The position numbers and the translations under genes were made by a program. A DNA stretch of 64,000 bases from Epiperipatus broadwayi (Eukaryota > Animalia > Onychophora): contig JAQFVV010000005.1 in the NCBI GenBank assembly GCA_028023455.1, positions 22,506,001 to 22,570,000 on the forward strand. Reading direction: 5' to 3'. Shown in pieces: positions 52,907-63,724 of this stretch. The notes beneath the pieces were generated by a model. That model was not told the origin of the DNA and searched no databases. It saw only the letters and a list, made by a program, of their open reading frames with translations. Position 1 is the stretch's first letter, and each line of letters opens with the position of its first letter.

Positions 52907-54150
52907 ATGCATAACACAACAGTTAATTTCTGACTGGTATTATTTTCCATACTATTCTAATATTAAGATAAGAGTAATTAATTTCTGAGTAGTATTATCC
53001 TCCAACTATTAAGAGTCTATTAATAAAGTAAGTATAATAGTAATTAACTTTATACTACCTCAAAGTCCTTTTCATTAGCCTATGAGGCCCTTAAGGCTTT
53101 TTAAAATTATAATATGGTCAGAGCAATCTGTTTAAGTCCCTAGTTGGCTTGGTAACATTCAGGAAATGAAATCCTGGCAAAAGATGTCCCTCACTAGTTT
53201 TCTTTCACAGCTTCATTCATCAGCTTCCAAAGTTGGTCTCAAAGACAAAGGAGAAGAGTGCATTTTCTGTTCTGCTACGGTTTATATCTTTTTCATTCTT
53301 TTATTCTCTCTGGAGTAGTTCAGCTAATGGGGTGATTCCAGATCATAGGTGTATTATTACTTCAATTAGTCTGGATCTGACTTTGTAAATTTAATTAGTA
53401 TCTTTAGTTCGTACTAATTAAATTTCTTTTGTTATCAGAAATATTTTTCCTCTCAATAATAATTTTTTCCATTTTGTAATTTACTTTTACAAAGCATTTT
53501 AATAACGTGAAAGCTAAACACCTTCAAACAGATACACTTTAAAAATGCTTAAGTGACAGCCAATCAGATGGAATAATGGCATCACATGGGACTCTAAATT
53601 CTAAAACACAAGCTTTCACGTTATTATATATTATCTGTTTACGCTTAAATTTAATATATTTAAAGCATTTTAACTAAAAAATTTATTCAAGTCTATCTCT
53701 CTTACATTAATTTTAATCTTCAAAATTAATATTTATTTAATTAACTAGTACATATTTTTCACATACCCCTCCATGCCACAATTTACTCCAAAAAGCAATG
53801 TGATGTAATAGAAATAATATTAATGGCAGGAAATAGTATTTTTTATAATAAAACCATAAACATCATATAATCCTAGTTTATATAGTATCTTATGTAGCAA
53901 ATCTATTTCTGTTCTACCAAGTAGTGTAAGCTTGAGTAATCAATAGGTAGTAGTGCTTAATAAATCCTAATCCCTGCTACCCTATCCATATTTCAAACTA
54001 CTTTCTAGCTTATGGCTTTCATGAACGAGGAATTTTTGGATATGGATGATTAACCTAACAGTATGTATATAGAAATTATTAAACATTATCATAAGACATT
54101 TATTGATTACTCAAGCTTACACAAGATGGCACAAGTGAAGTAGAAGATCT

Positions 54151-54774
54151 AGAATTGTTGAGTGTTATAGTGTTAAAGAATGGGATAGAAGAATAGATGC
54201 CTTAATAAAGAATAGGGAGTTGGAGAGATGGAGAGCTAGTATGGAGAGTAAAAAGAGTTAAAATATTTATAGAAGTAAACAGAATATTGGGTGTGAGTTA
54301 ATTATATATCAAGGAAAGTAGTTTACTGTTTAAGGCTCGAACGGTATATTTAGCAACAAAGGAATATACACATAAATGGAAAAATGTGGGTGATTTTAGT
54401 CTGCAAGTTGTGTAAAGAAGGCATAGAAAATATTAGGCATCTGTTAATTAAATGTAAATGTCTGAAAGCAGAAAGGGTACAAATAATGAAGTTATGGGAG
54501 AATAAATATGAACAAAGTGATTACACAGAAAGTGGCTTATTGATTTTTATGCTGGGTTTGGGAAAAGATAAGAGGGTTTTAGATATAAACACTATGGAGT
54601 TGACAAAGATTATGTTGTGGAAATGGGATGGAGCAAGATAGAGAAGAATTGGGAAAACTTGGGATGGGGAATGGAAAGGGAAGTCAAAGTGGCTAGCAAG
54701 TTTCTCTAGGCATAGTTGCTGAGAGATTCCTGACTTCGTATAAGGAGAAGTCACAGTGCATCATATCACATCAC
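54151..54774 (+). mobile_element. LINE 3' fragment (CCHC C-terminus, CATCA-type tail)
   Basis: CKLCKEGIENIRHLLIKC; homologous to about 56965-57594. Confidence 0.85.
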
Positions 54775-54799
54775 TATCAAATATTTATGAGAGACAATA

Positions 54800-57594
54800 C
54801 ACATCATCTAAAATAGTAGAGAAAGAGGGAAATGAATAAAGTACAGAAAATTAAAGTGTTTGAGAATGAAGAGAGAGTATGTAATAATGACCATAATTTC
54901 TTTATAATAGAAATGGTTAGTAATGTGATGAAAAATTGTAATAAAAGTAGAAAGGATAGTGAAAGATGTTGATGGAGAATGAATGATACAAATAAGTTAG
55001 AAGAATATTTAAGTAGAAGAAATCATGAAAGAGTTTGCTGGAAATGAATATAAGAACTGATATGGTGAAATAGAAAAAGTGGAAAATAGGATTTTAGTTG
55101 AGAATATTCAGAAGAATAAAAGTAATAGAAAAGTGAGAGTTAGTAAAATTGTAAAAGAGAGGGAAAAAGCATGCAGAGAATATAAGTGTGCTATTAAAAA
55201 CAAAGAAAGTGAAAAAGATGTTAATGTTAAATGGGAAAAGTATTTTAAAAAAAAGAAGTTGGCTAAAATAGATAATTATAGATAGACAATGAAATTAAAT
55301 AGTAAATTGTTGCAAGATATTAATAAAAGTGGAAGAGATGGGAGTAAAAAATTTTGGACATATATTAAAAAAAGGATTGTAGAGGAGAGAGAAATAGTAT
55401 TGCTAGATGATGAGGGAATAGAGTGTAGCTCTAGAGAAGAATTAGAGATAATCTTAAATATATGTAATGGATACAGAAAAAATGTTAGATCTGAAGGACA
55501 GAATGACAATAAACATGAAAGCATATAGTAATGGAAATATTAGATTTACAGAAAATGAATTGAATGAGGCAGGGAAGAAATTGAAAAGTGGAAAGGCAAG
55601 AGGTTTAGATGATTGGACAGCAGAAATGGTGATGAATTTAGGAAATAGGACAAAATTAAATCTATTATCATGTTTCAATAAGATCGCACAGAAGAGAATT
55701 TCCAGATAGCTGGAATAATATAAGAGTAAAGTTACTATTTAAAGGAAAGGGTAAGGATCATAGAAAGTTAAACAAATATAGACTGATAGTGGGAGCATCA
55801 GTGTTATATAGTGTTTTCACATATATGGTGGCTGGAAAGGTCGCAAAATGGATGGAAGAAAATAATATATTGGGAGAAATGCAAGGAGGTTTTCAGTTGG
55901 ATAGGCATATAGGAGATAGTTTATTTGTAGTTACACAACTTGTAGATATGAATAGGAATACAGATAGAGAGTTATATATGGTTTTTATAGATATAGAGAA
56001 TGCACATGATAGAGTAAATAGAAATAGATTATTGGTAAGTTTAGCAAATTTGGGGATGAATTGGGCTTCAGTGGACCTTATTAAGAGATTGTATAAAAAT
56101 AATTACTATACTAAGAAATGTGGAATCAGTTAAAGTTAAAAATGGAATGAAACTAAGGCAAGAATGCCCTGTGTCACCTATTTTGTTTTTTTTATATTTG
56201 AGAGAAATAGAGAGAGTAATAGAAAGACTAGGAAGAGGGATAGAGATACCATTAATAGGTGGCAAGGGAATATATACATTATCAGGTCTTTTATTTATGG
56301 ATGAATATTCTTGTCCACAGAAAATAGGGAAGATATGGAAGTTATGCTGAAAACTTAAGCAAGGATTGGTAAAGAGATGGGGATTAAATTTAGTGAAGAA
56401 AAATCAAAAGTAATGATGATAAATACTGAGGAAAGAGAAGAAAAAGAATTTTTATTAGGGGATATAAAATTAAATGTGATAAATAGGTATAACTATTTGG
56501 GAATCATCTTAAGGAATCAGAGAAATTGCTTGAATGAATGGGAGAAAAAAATGATAAATGAAGCAAAGAAAAGAAAGGAACTGATAAAGGAATTAACAGT
56601 GTTTTCATATAATAAATATGATGTAGCTAGAATTGTGTGGAAGGGAGTGGCAGTAGCAGGGTTAACTTATGGTAATGATGTGTTAGTAAAGGTGTGTTAG
56701 ATTACTTAGAAAAAGTACAAAGAGAAGGCAGATGTATAGACAGCAAAGGAGGCAATTGATGGAGAAATGGGATGGTCAAATTTTTATATAAGAGGTACAA
56801 AATGAAAATGTTCAGAAGATTGCAATCTATGGATAATAAGAGAATAGCCAAATTGGGTTATGAATAAAGGATAGGCAACAAGATAGGTGAGGAAATGTAG
56901 TATGGTATGTAGAAGATTTGGATAAAGAATTTATGTCAGTATATTTATAAAAAGATGGGATGATTGTATTAGGAGAATTGTTGAGTGTTATAATGGCAAT
57001 GAATGGGACAGAAAAATAGATGCATTAATAAAAAAAATAGGGAGTCGGAGAGATGGAGGACTAATATGGAGAGTAAAAAGAGTTTAAATATTTATAGAAG
57101 TAAACAGAATATTGGATGCAAGTTAATTTATGATAATAGCAAGAAAAGTAGTTTATTGTTTAAGACTCAAACAGGATCATTAGCAACAAGAAAATATACG
57201 CATAAATGGAAAAATATGGTAAGTTAGTCTGCAAGTTATGTAAGGAAGGTATAGAAAATATTAGCCATCTTTTAATTGAATGTAAATGCCTGCAAGCAGA
57301 AAGGGTAAAAATAATGAAATTGTGGGAGAATATATATAAACGGAGTTATTATACAGAAAGTGGGCTCTTGGTTTTTATACTGAGTTTGGGAAAAGATAAG
57401 GGGATTTAAATATAAAGACCATAGAGTTGACAAAGATTATGTTGTGAAAACGGGATGGAGCAGGATATTGAAGAATATGGGAAAAACTTAGGGTGGGGGA
57501 TGGAAAGGGAAGGTAAAATGGCTAACAAGTTTCTCTGGGCATAGTGGCTGAGAGTGCTGATTCCAAAAAAGGAAAAGCCACAGTGCATCATCAT
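54800..57594 (+). mobile_element. 5'-truncated, decayed non-LTR retrotransposon (RT + C-terminal CCHC; clade unresolved)
   Basis: KARGLDD, QGGF..DR, VFIDIENAHDRV, KLRQECPVSPILF, LLFMDE, YNYLG, CKLCKEGIENISHLLIEC. Confidence 0.9.
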
Positions 57595-58316
57595 ATATAT
57601 TTTTGAATAAAATGTAATAATAAATTTAATGGAAGAATAAAAGTAGCTTTAGATGCAACGATAAAAGTAAGAGAGTCATCAAATAACTTGCTGCAGAATC
57701 AAGATCTCTTTGACATTTTTTTATAGAAGAACATGAAAGAAAAGTCATTATTCATTAACCTTTCCAATTGCTAGATTTCTAATTTTTTATATTCTCTAGT
57801 CACAAACAAACTTGATAATCCTTTACTGGCTGATATTGGCTACCTAACTGAGTCAGTTATCTGAAGAAAAAAATTGTAAGCCTGATTATAAACTGAAAAA
57901 AAAATTTGTTTTAACCAGATGAGGTTTGAATCCAGGTTGAAATACAGAGAATCTGTGATGCTCTATTTTATATGTATTGTTATCCTATTTTTATTTGCAT
58001 ACCCATTTCTTGAATTTAAATCTGAGTATAGAACTTGGAAATTTTTTCAGGTACCTGATCTATGTCTAATTCTAATAGGTTGTCAATATCACATGATCAT
58101 CATTTCTTGTGCTTGCTTATAATTGTTGATTACTCTGGTTTGCATTGAGTGGCATTACTGTTTGAAGAGTTTTGCCTGTTTTCATAGGCTTTCAGTATTG
58201 ATCAGTAAATGGACGTTTTGCTATTCCTACTAAAAAATAAAGATTGAGAGATAATCTACTCTGCTCGGATAGATTGTTTATATGCTAACCATAAAATAAA
58301 AATATGATTATATTAT

Positions 58317-58510
58317 TGCAGTGTCTTCAGCTGTAGCTGAACGATTGCAAATATAAATACTTAATTTAAAATAAGAACTACCGACTTATTTACACTAGAT
58401 CTTTATTGGTTGCGTAATAATTCACACTAAACAACAGTTATGGGTAATTGGTTAACATATATATCTATATGCATAATCTGATTGCATTACAATTCAACTC
58501 CCCCTCTCTG
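58317..58510 (-). mobile_element. 3' LTR remnant with polypurine tract
   Basis: Minus strand agagagggggagt directly before TG, AATAAA inside, ends ...tgca. Confidence 0.55.
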
Positions 58511-59179
58511 TCTAACAGTAATACAAAAACGCACAGTACCTTGACTAGGTGACGAAAATAAACCCTCATAAAAAAGCCACTTAGGGCGTTTAAAAATTAT
58601 ATTAAGACCAGTGCGGTCTGCTTCTATTTTAATCAGCCGGATTCATCTACAGGCGCCAAGAACCTGGGATCACAGTCTGCAGTGGCAGCACTCATGGAGA
58701 ACCAAAGGACAAGAGGGTGATATTTATTTCTCCTGTTCTTTTATACTCCCACATTTGAAAATCCCACTCTCATCACTTCTTTTCTGGAGTGTTAATACAT
58801 CTTTTTCGCATGTGTGCAGTTGGCTTCATTTGGTTATTAATTCCCTTGATAATCCAATCTGTTAAACAACGCATCTTTATTTAGTTAATGCAGCCTGATC
58901 TAATTACTTTTATTTTCACTTAATTAAATGTGTGCCTTTACTGGCTCTATTTACATATGTATACAACATTATAATTTAGCTAAATATGATTATAATGTGA
59001 TTTAGGCTTGGGTCAGTAGTTATTGAGAAGTCATTCATTATAAATGTTGAATCTATGGGTTATTTTTATATATATAATTGTGGATAGGATCATAAAGCTA
59101 TTTAGGGCTTCTTTGACAAAAATAATATTGAAATTAAAAACTATTTTTTAATTATTTTTCCATGTAATTTTTATTTTAG

Positions 59180-59299
59180 GTATTCCACCATTATGTGTCC
59201 AAAAACGATGTGAATTTGGTACTATGTGTGTTGTCAGAAATAATATTCCTCACTGCGTTTGTCCAGATGGATCAATTGCCACTTCAGATTTTTCATGCA
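59180..59299 (+). CDS. EGF-like exon N: IPPLCVQKRCEFGTMCVVRNNIPHCVCPDGSIATSDFSC
   Basis: attttag acceptor, gtaagt donor at 59300, 120 bp, 6 Cys. Confidence 0.9.
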
Positions 59300-60026
59300 G
59301 TAAGTATATTACTAAATGAAACCATTTTTTTTTTTTAAATAATGAATTTAAGTTTAATAATTTAAAAATAATAATATTAATATTGCTTCAGACACAGAAA
59401 ACATATTGAAACCGATAAATTTAACCTTAATGTGTTTTTAATGTTGGGCACCTTGTGAAAGACAAGTATAAAAATAAAAATGGAAATATGAAAGTATACA
59501 TATATGTGTCCATGTTCTAAAATGCACTTAACCAAACACTGTTAGATTTTCTATTATTTATCACCAATTCTCTGCCACCAATAAACTATAGCTCTTCATT
59601 TCAATCCTTCTTGTCATCATGTTCAACAGAAACTATTGCACTTCTTCAGACTTAAAAACGTGATCAAACATCATTCTGTGTTCCAAAAACATTGACAACA
59701 CTACAAAGTCCACTCAGCTTTGCTATAACTTCAAACATGGTTCCCAAAGTTTTTTCTTGACCTATCTCAGCAAGTTTAAGCTTAGTGAAATAATTTTTAA
59801 AAATGTGTAAGTAGTTTTTTTTTTAATGATATCAAATGAAAGCTTGTAGATTGCTTTTTGTCTTTTAATCTTATCGAATGACAACACTCAAATGCAATTG
59901 GTGGCAGTAATCTTAGCTATTCGTCCCTATATTGTGGTATATTAATATAGAGAGATAGATCATAGACAATGACAGGTCATTTGCATTATGGAAATACTTT
60001 TTAATACTGCTTTTTTGTTATTTTAG

Positions 60027-60140
60027 AGGCTACTTGTTCCCAGATGATGTGCCCCCCAGATACTACTTGTAAAATAAAAGATGGTTTGGTTGGATGCTTT
60101 TGTCCGAATGGTAAAATGCCTAATCCCGATGTTGGATGTG
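60027..60140 (+). CDS. EGF-like exon O: ATCSQMMCPPDTTCKIKDGLVGCFCPNGKMPNPDVGC
   Basis: attttag acceptor, gtaagt donor at 60141, 114 bp, 6 Cys. Confidence 0.92.
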
Positions 60141-61390
60141 GTAAGTTACATATACACACAACATATTTATAAAATTTATTATCATATATAAATAATATCT
60201 GAATAAGTTATTTAACAAAAAATATTATTTTAATATAAAAATTATTTTTTGCAAACTTTAATTATCTCTATATATTTATTATATATTGTCACTACATAAT
60301 GTATTTAAGAACACTTTATTATCTCATAATTTAACCAAGATATAAGGTGCTGTATAGATGACATGATTGCTCTTGTTAGCACAAGATGGCACTACTATAT
60401 GGAGAGTTTTGCTTTGTGCTGTATAGATGTACAAAATCTTTTGATTAGACCAAATATTTTAAGATTGTCATTGCTGGCTATTGCTAGAATTGGGGTGTGA
60501 TTGTTTTGTGGATAAATTTGATTATGGTGATGGATATATATTTATGAAATTTTAAAATAAAGGAAAAATTATATATTATGAATTCTTTTTTTGAGAAAAA
60601 TACTAAACAAAAAAGAACATGAAACTATTCAAAATAAGGTATATAAGAAAGGTTTATATTTTAATTAACAGGAATATGCATTTCAGAATTATAATCTTAA
60701 TAGATTTAACACAGGAAGTGATCATCGAATAGTCGTGTAAGGTTATATGTTAATGCAAAATTAGAGAGGCAAAAACTATTCAAAAAGTAATAACAGTTGA
60801 TATTCCTAATCTTCCAAAACATGATAGTAAATTTAAATTTAAATTTGTTAATCGTTTTAAAATATTAACAGACTTTGACGGTATTTTAAACTTGACTGAA
60901 ATCAATAAGAAAGTGAATTGATACTCTTTTAAGAACTGCAACAGAAATAGCTGGTACAAAAAAAAAAAACAGCAATACAATACAATATATGAATAAAATA
61001 AGAAATATTAAAATATTTTAAAGTGGTATCCAAAAAAGTTAATAAAGATATAAGGAAATATAACTGAATTGACAAGAAAAGCTATAGAAGAAAATAAAAA
61101 TTTCAAAAAGTATACAATATTTTGATATTGAAAGGAAAGGTTTGTTTCAACAATATAAAGAAAATATGAAACTATTATCAAAAAAAATGGATAACATCAT
61201 GAAATATGTGGAAGAGTTCTTCAGAGAAATGAACAAACAATAATAATTACTACAATGTCTATATCCTTTGAATTGCCCACTATTTTAAATGAAGAAATAT
61301 GCAATTAAATGAGTGAAGAAGGGAAAAACTCTAGGAAATGTTGGAATTATTATCGATATCTTAAAAGAGGCAAGTGAACATATAGAAAAA

Positions 61391-61924
61391 TTAAAACAGG
61401 CAAAACTCTCCATGATCATGTAATGTTTAGTGGTTTAAAACAGGCAAAACTCATTATACGTATTGCCACACACAGCAAGTTAGAGTAATCAATGGATGCC
61501 GAAGGCTTGTGCATAAAATTCCCATCTAGTGCCTACTCATCCAATATCCCCAGACTAGTTTCTGGCTTGTGGCCTTCGTCAGTGAGGAGCCTTGGATCTG
61601 AGAGCACTGCACCTAGATCTTAGGATCCAATGCAACCCTCCAGCAGCTACCTTTTATCTCCACTTATCTACAAAACTATGAGTCTTAAACTGAAAACACC
61701 TTAATGTTTTTAATCCAAGTCCATTAGCTATAGTCATATATAACTAGTCTGGGGATATTGGATGAGTAGGCACTAGATGGGAATTTTATGCACAAGCCTT
61801 CTGGCATCCATTGATTACTCTAGCTTGCTGTGTGTGGCAATATATATATAGTGAGTTTTGCCTGTTTTAACAACAGTTATACACAAGCATAAGAGGTGGT
61901 GGTCATGTGATGTTTAGTGGTTTA
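61391..61924 (+). mobile_element. Longest HHR-family copy (mini unit 61391-61436 + about 120-bp arms + tail)
   Basis: Arms about 61436-61559 and 61743-61869; 11-bp TSD atatagaaaaa at 61380-61390 and 61925-61935. Confidence 0.9.
61547..61588 (-). ncRNA. Minimal type I hammerhead ribozyme with an intact core
   Basis: Minus strand TCCTCA CTGACGA AGGC CACAA GCCA GAAAC TA GTC^ TGGGGA; palindromic ACTAGT helix III. Confidence 0.8.
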
Positions 61925-62069
61925 ATATAGAAAAAATATTGACAAAACTATATACCTAATGTCTTAAGAAATAAATACTGTCTGTCTCTGTATTAGTAAT
62001 TGTAAATAAAATAGAAAATCATATAACATACAATATTACTAAAACAACAAAATTTTACTAAAAAATTTT

Positions 62070-62511
62070 CCCAACATAGTTTCATCTATTAACAAATAGA
62101 CCTTTTCAAGTGAAATTCAACAAGATACATAACAACATATATATATAACAAAATAGCCTTCCCATCATTCACTTCAAAAACCAACTTCCTTTTCAAAGGA
62201 TGTCTTCATGAGATTGCTGGCCTCAGATTCAAAAGATTTTATCATCAGAATTGTTTTTGTTTCACTACTTTCAAAAAAGATAACCTCTAACATTGTCAAA
62301 TAATATCTTGTATGAAAGAAATAAACTCTGATGATAAAATTTCTTGAATCTGAGGTCATCAATCTCATGAAGACATCCTTTAATATTAAAGGAAGTTGTT
62401 TTTTGAAGTGACTGATGGGATGCTTATTTGTTTTGTATATATATATGTTGTATGTATCTTGTTGAATTTTACTTGAAAAGGCCTATGTATTAATAGATGA
62501 AACTGTGGTTG
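62070..62511. repeat. Large palindrome (about 180-bp arms, about 70-bp spacer) with degenerate HHR-like motifs at the outer ends
   Basis: aaaggatgtcttcatgagatt / aatctcatgaagacatccttt and more; outer end reads ttgaaaag GTCTAT..ATAGAT GAAAC. Confidence 0.85.
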
Positions 62512-62825
62512 CCAAAGAATCTTAATTTGCTATACAGTAGAATGTTTTAATGATAAATATGTACCAGTTGATTGGAAAAATGCAGTAGTAATATTGATAT
62601 TTTTAAAAAAATGATAAAAAAGATATGAGAAAGTATAGACCTATCAGTTTTCCATTAATTCTATACAAGATCTTTAACAAAATAATTACACTTGATCATA
62701 GTAAACTAACCAACCAAAAGAACAAATTGGATTTAATAGTAGTTTTAGCACAATGAATCATATACAAGTACTGAGAAGTTATATAAAAGACCAATGAATA
62801 TGAGTTGCTATTATTCTTTGTATAA

Positions 62826-62942
62826 TTTTTTTTTTCCATATGTCATAGCATTAGCCGGGAGGCGAACCCACAACAACCATCTGCAACCAACTGCTTGCTT
62901 GCAAGGCCACTGCGCTGACCTCTCGGCTAACAACACTTGACA
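62826..62942 (-). mobile_element. tRNA-derived SINE-like element, copy 2
   Basis: Minus strand TAGCCGAGAGG (A box), GGTTCGCCTCC (B-box-like), A-tail; homologous to 5041-5153. Confidence 0.7.
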
Positions 62943-63539
62943 TTTATTTGTATTTATGAAAAAGCATTTGAGTCTATAAGTATTTCAGCAGTATTACATT
63001 GAGTCTCTTTGCCATGTTCTGAAGGTTTATATTATTCTTGATGTTTGTGGTGTATTGCAATCATTATTTATTTTGCTATTATTGAGTAACTGTGTTTCAT
63101 TCATTGCTGTTTTGTTTTTGCTTTCTTTTTGGCCCATCAAAATATAGACTTAGGATATTACCAATTCTGAAGAATATTTATTAAAATGCAGCCACAGTGA
63201 TTATATTACATGATGATACTTAAGAAAATTAATATTGATATGGGTGTTTACAGGATAATTCCATATATTCATAACCTTTGAAACATTTTTATAGGAAATA
63301 TTTTGTCAAATAAAATGAGAAAATAAAGAAATAAAAATAAATGATCTTATTTAAGTCATATAGAGTCTGCAGATTATGTAAGTATTTTGCAAATAATATG
63401 TCAAGGCTTTAGGAAATGTTGCAAGATTTATTAGATGAAAGTGAGAAAGTAGGATTAAAGATAAATGCTAAAAAGATTAAGTTAATATTTAGATGAAGTT
63501 TGAAAAAATTAACATGTTTTTATTATATTTATTTTTAAG

Positions 63540-63656
63540 GAACTACAAGTTGTTCTACAGTTGTATGTCCTAAAGGAACATCATGTCAAGTTCAAAATGG
63601 TTTTGCAAGCTGCCTTTGCCCAAATGGCAAAATGCCACAACCTAATGTCGGATGTG
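63540..63656 (+). CDS. EGF-like exon P: TTSCSTVVCPKGTSCQVQNGFASCLCPNGKMPQPNVGC
   Basis: atttttaag acceptor, gtaagt donor at 63657, 117 bp, 6 Cys; paralogous to exon O. Confidence 0.92.
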
Positions 63657-63724
63657 GTAAGTTTTTCATTTTGTACATTTTTAAATATTATTAATAAGTA
63701 TTAATTTCTATGATGTTATATTGT

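Larger units (their letters stand above)
60490..63500 (+). mobile_element. Decayed RTE LINE interrupted by three younger insertions
   Basis: IMNSFFEK, GSDHRIV, EHIEK|ILTKLY (split by a TSD), KYRPIS, GLKINAKK. Confidence 0.75.
3892..63656 (+). other. Multi-exon gene (partial) for an extracellular tandem EGF-like repeat protein; 16 exons in window
   Basis: 16 AG/GT-bounded exons, each a multiple of 3 and phase 1-1, mostly C-x4(7)-C-x5-C-x8-C-x-C-x11/12-C. Concatenation is stop-free (654 codons, 94 Cys). The G-x-x-G-[ND]-P motif resembles arthropod dumpy-type EGF modules. Confidence 0.9.

Noticed and set aside
53190-53280. Acceptor-like ctttcacag with an open frame, and a minus-strand CTGATGA...GAAAACTAGT motif
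   Set aside because: No EGF pattern or good donor, and no stem II can be formed for a hammerhead
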